Position numbers and translations under genes: made by a program. Below the pieces are notes generated by a model, which saw nothing but the letters and a program-made list of their open reading frames with translations, made no database searches and had not been told where the DNA came from. This document shows, piece after piece, positions 61,302-64,000 of a stretch of DNA of 64,000 bases; the first letter of the stretch is position 1; every line of letters starts with the position of its first letter. This stretch comes from Candidatus Falkowbacteria bacterium. GTDB taxonomy: Bacteria > Patescibacteriota > Patescibacteriia > Patescibacteriales > UBA12465. The stretch is taken from the NCBI GenBank assembly GCA_037137655.1, contig JBAXJX010000002.1, positions 229,730 through 293,729 on the forward strand. Direction: 5' to 3'.

Positions 61302-61778
61302 ATGCCTAATCCCAAAAAACTTATTAAGGTTGCTGTTTCTGGATATTTTAATCCGTTGCATGTCGGCCATTTAGAAATGATTAGTTCCGCCAAAAAGCTT
61401 GGTAATTATTTGATTGCGATTGTAAATAATGATGCCCAAGTGAAATTAAAAGGCTCGGTACCATTTATGAGCGAAGCCGATCGTTTGGCAATTATTGCGG
61501 CACTACGCGATGTGGATGAAGTTTTTTTGTCGATTGATAAGGATGCGACAGTTTGTAAATCGCTAAGTAAAATAAAACCAGATATTTTTGCTAACGGTGG
61601 TGATCGTAAAAATTTAAATGACGTGCCAGAATATGGCGTTTGTCAAAAGCTGGGCATTAAAATGGTAGATGGCTTGGGTAAAAAAATTCGCGCCAGTTCG
61701 GTTTTAATTGCGACAGCGGCGGAGAAAAAAGAAAAATTATGTGGGGAAATAAACAAAAACAAAAAAGCAAAAAAATAA
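61302..61778 (+). CDS. Cytidylyltransferase-family nucleotidyltransferase (HxGH class; TagD / RfaE-domain-II-like)
   Basis: I start at ATG 61302 (MPNPKKLIKVAVSGYFNPLHVGHLEM; HxGH motif). The extended -10 TGGTATAAT lies upstream at 61262-61270. The track ORF start at 61107 runs through the upstream terminator and was rejected. Confidence 0.7.
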   Translation: MPNPKKLIKVAVSGYFNPLHVGHLEMISSAKKLGNYLIAIVNNDAQVKLKGSVPFMSEADRLAIIAALRDVDEVFLSIDKDATVCKSLSKIKPDIFANGGDRKNLNDVPEYGVCQKLGIKMVDGLGKKIRASSVLIATAAEKKEKLCGEINKNKKAKK

Positions 61779-62587
61779 AGCGTTGGTTTTTTATTGGAAC
61801 TCTAATTCTGTTAGTAGTTTTTTTGTCATACACTTATGAACGTCGTTTGCAAAATAAATTAGCCGTAGAAGCAGCTCGGGCCAAAGCGGCTTTGAGCGCG
61901 GAAAAATCAATCACTTTAATTGAAGGTTGGAATTTAAAAGAAATCCAAACTTATTTAGTGAAGCGCGGTTTTGCCGATGCGAAAGATTTAACGAGTTTAA
62001 AAATGAAAGATTATCGCGGTGATTATTTGTTTATGGCTGATGCGCCGGCTAATGCTAGTTTGGAAGGTTACTTTTTTCCAGACACTTATCGGGTTTATGC
62101 TAGTTCTACTCTTGATGATATTGTGAAGAAATCATTGGATAATTTTCAATCCAAATTTACCGCTGATTTTTTAATGGAAGCTAAACGACAAAATAAATCA
62201 GTCTATCAAATTTTAACCATGGCTTCGGTTTTGGAGAAAGAAGTGAAGAGTGAAAGTGATATGAAAATTGTCTCCGGTGTTTTTTGGAATAGAATAAAAA
62301 ATGGCCAAGCTCTACAATCATGTGCTTCTTTGGCTTATATTTTGGGCGTAAACAAGCCCCAGTATAGTTATGAGGAAACACGGACACCTTCAGCGTACAA
62401 CACTTATTTAAATAAAGGTTTGCCACCCGGACCAATTTGCAGTCCAAGTTTAAAAGCAATTCGGGCCGCGCTTTATCCGACACAAAATGATTATAATTAT
62501 TTTTTATCCGATCCAGCGACCGGTAAAACTATTTTTTCTAAAACTTACGAAGAACATTTACGCAACAAAAATAAGTATTTAAAATAA
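61739..62587 (+). CDS. mltG: Endolytic murein transglycosylase MltG (YceG-like)
   Basis: 282 aa. N-terminal TM helix; EGYFFPDTY, ASVLEKE and LPPGPICSPS are YceG/MltG motifs. It overlaps the upstream gene by 40 nt. Confidence 0.85.
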   Translation: MWGNKQKQKSKKIKRWFFIGTLILLVVFLSYTYERRLQNKLAVEAARAKAALSAEKSITLIEGWNLKEIQTYLVKRGFADAKDLTSLKMKDYRGDYLFMADAPANASLEGYFFPDTYRVYASSTLDDIVKKSLDNFQSKFTADFLMEAKRQNKSVYQILTMASVLEKEVKSESDMKIVSGVFWNRIKNGQALQSCASLAYILGVNKPQYSYEETRTPSAYNTYLNKGLPPGPICSPSLKAIRAALYPTQNDYNYFLSDPATGKTIFSKTYEEHLRNKNKYLK

Positions 62588-62597
62588 ATTAAAATAT

Positions 62598-64000
62598 ATG
62601 TTTCAAGACACAAACCCATCTCCAATTACACCACCAACAAGCGCTCCGGTGGTGCCTAAAGCTCCAGTTGTTAAACCGGCGCTGCCGGAAACGGGAAATG
62701 TGTCTTTTGCGGGGCGCGGTAATGGCGAAGGGTTTCCGGTCGGTCAAGTTGCCGCAGCCGGGATAGTCCTCTTGCTTATGATCGGCGGTTTAATATTTGG
62801 CGCGGTTAAATTTGTTAATCGTCCTACAACTCCGAAGTCGGTGCAAAATCAAAACGCTACTACCAGTGGCGCTGGTTTAGATTTGGCAGCGAGCAGTACT
62901 CCTGGTTTACCGAATGCTAGCTCAACTGGTTTGACGACGGATAATGGTTTGGCGGATAGTCAAAAAATTGAATATTTAACTTTTGCTGATTTCTACAATG
63001 AACCAAGTAAGAGCTACCAAGTAAATTTAAACAATTATAATTTACCTTTAGATATTAAAACGGCGGTTTTGAATTATTATGATGTTTCTCGTAAATTAAA
63101 TATTGATAATAATTTAACCGAGCTTAACAATTTGGGTTTCACAACCATGGATAATCAACTTAAATCAGTTGATGATAAAACTTTGCCGGCCGATAATTTT
63201 TTCAGCGCTTATAAAACTTTAAATACTTTAGGTTTACCATTACTTTTTACTTCTGATTTTATAACTTATTATTACCAAAATATTAATAAGAAAATTTTTA
63301 AAGATATTGAGAAAAATGTTTTTTATAATAACATGTGGGATATTTCTTCCAAGATGTTTGAAGTAGCGCGTGATCGTTACAATCAACGCTTAGCCCAGGT
63401 CGGTAATATTAATGATCCGATTTTGGAAGGGGCGCGTATGGAGATGGCTTATTTTGCGACTGCGTTGGAAATTATGCAACCAACCAAAGAACAAATTGGT
63501 AATAACTCCGATCGAAGTGCAAAAGAATTATTTACAAATGCCGAGGCTAAATATTATGCCTTTACTGTGCCGGAATATTTGAAAGTTGATGTGGATAGAG
63601 AAGTGGCACTTATTCGCGAGCACGGTCAAAAAATTAAATCCCCAGTGTTATTATACCCAGTTGATTACAGTGACTTCGCCTTACCGGTTGATTATGTAAA
63701 TAGCGCGAAATTAACTAATTTTTATTTAACTACTCGTTGGTTAAACTCACCATTTCCAGCTTATTACCAAAGTGCGGCTTGTCCAAGTTGTTCTTTGGAT
63801 ATCGATGATTGGCGCGTGCGCGTGGTGGCTGCTAATTATATTGCCCAAGACTTGTTTAATGATTATTATTTGAAAGCGAAGTGGGCGGGAATTTATAAAG
63901 TCATGGGTTACTTTAAAGGTTTGCGCGGTGGTTTAACTTTTGTTAATTTCCGTGATGCTTTATCCGAAGTTTTTGGTACGGATGCTAAGATTGAAGAATT
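62598..64000 (+). CDS. Hypothetical membrane-anchored extracytoplasmic protein (possibly DUF3160-like), 5' part; it runs off the window
   Basis: Hand translation from ATG 62598: MFQDTNPSPITPP... then a TM helix (AAAGIVLLLMIGGLIFGAV), and the frame stays open to the window end. The family call is from memory of similar architectures and is uncertain. Confidence 0.5.
   Translation, partial: MFQDTNPSPITPPTSAPVVPKAPVVKPALPETGNVSFAGRGNGEGFPVGQVAAAGIVLLLMIGGLIFGAVKFVNRPTTPKSVQNQNATTSGAGLDLAASSTPGLPNASSTGLTTDNGLADSQKIEYLTFADFYNEPSKSYQVNLNNYNLPLDIKTAVLNYYDVSRKLNIDNNLTELNNLGFTTMDNQLKSVDDKTLPADNFFSAYKTLNTLGLPLLFTSDFITYYYQNINKKIFKDIEKNVFYNNMWDISSKMFEVARDRYNQRLAQVGNINDPILEGARMEMAYFATALEIMQPTKEQIGNNSDRSAKELFTNAEAKYYAFTVPEYLKVDVDREVALIREHGQKIKSPVLLYPVDYSDFALPVDYVNSAKLTNFYLTTRWLNSPFPAYYQSAACPSCSLDIDDWRVRVVAANYIAQDLFNDYYLKAKWAGIYKVMGYFKGLRGGLTFVNFRDALSEVFGTDAKIEE

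Noticed and set aside
2269-62483. About 45 short ORFs in the supplied track lie inside, or antisense to, longer well-supported genes. Examples: 2269-2541, 3638-3874, 6397-6744, 6446-6655, 6878-7069, 7035-7322, 7895-8092, 8422-8757, 9109-9525, 21008-21232, 23588-23891, 24220-24651, 26093-26431, 37378-37727, 38674-39045, 41309-41656, 51094-51539, 52904-53219, 53601-53921, 57318-57761, 59182-59451 and 62181-62483.
   Set aside because: Each is fully overlapped by a longer ORF with recognisable motifs or a coherent architecture. Their translations are low-complexity shadow-frame products rich in Leu/Ile/Ser/Lys, typical of AT-rich DNA, and none has a promoter or SD of its own.
1-64000. CRISPR arrays, IS elements, prophage, integrons and diversity-generating retroelements.
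   Set aside because: There are no regularly spaced direct repeats and no transposase, integrase, reverse transcriptase or phage structural ORFs in the track or in my reading. The only repeated DNA noted is the 19-nt promoter core and the paralogous pilin modules.

Overview
AT-rich (GC not computed), gene-dense bacterial chromosome segment read with the standard code; TGA acts as a stop, for example at 28696-28698. Operons are tightly packed, with many 1-40 nt overlaps.

Housekeeping genes I recognise confidently: glyA-folD-recQ, ftsK-murE, rpoB-rpoC, an ADP-forming acetyl-CoA synthetase, murJ, lepA, recJ, rnhA, a porGDAB-type 2-oxoacid:ferredoxin oxidoreductase, xth, leuS, rsmA and mltG. I found no rRNA, tRNA, CRISPR array, transposase or integrase.

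The gene content points to a small-genome, fermentative, cell-surface-specialised organism. This content is POR plus ADP-forming ACS, few Shine-Dalgarno sites, giant Cys-rich surface proteins and many copies of a small pilin-like membrane protein. By inference only, this fits the Candidate Phyla Radiation / Patescibacteria.

The most unusual content is a dispersed family of nine proteins sharing one module. The module is a signal peptide followed by a two-TM hairpin around a G-[ND]-E-x-K loop, which is VirB2/TrbC-like in layout.
- Six stand in a tandem array (3534-6384), next to a GT2 plus GT-C glycosylation cluster.
- One sits directly upstream of ftsK.
- Two are fused to C-terminal effector-like domains: an M15 zinc peptidoglycan peptidase, and a 20-Cys domain ending in a glycine zipper. 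Both fusion genes are wedged inside the por operon, which also begins with a DsbA-like oxidoreductase gene.
- No secretion or pilus ATPase machinery is visible anywhere in the window.

Other notable items:
- a 2745-aa Cys-rich secreted protein with a TSP3-repeat partner gene;
- a roughly 360-nt ORF-free region with long-range complementarity, a candidate structured RNA that I could not classify;
- three antisense-inserted secreted or lipoprotein genes driven by near-perfect sigma70-type promoters, two of which share a 19-nt identical core;
- a HigB/HigA-like toxin-antitoxin pair with a perfect palindromic operator.
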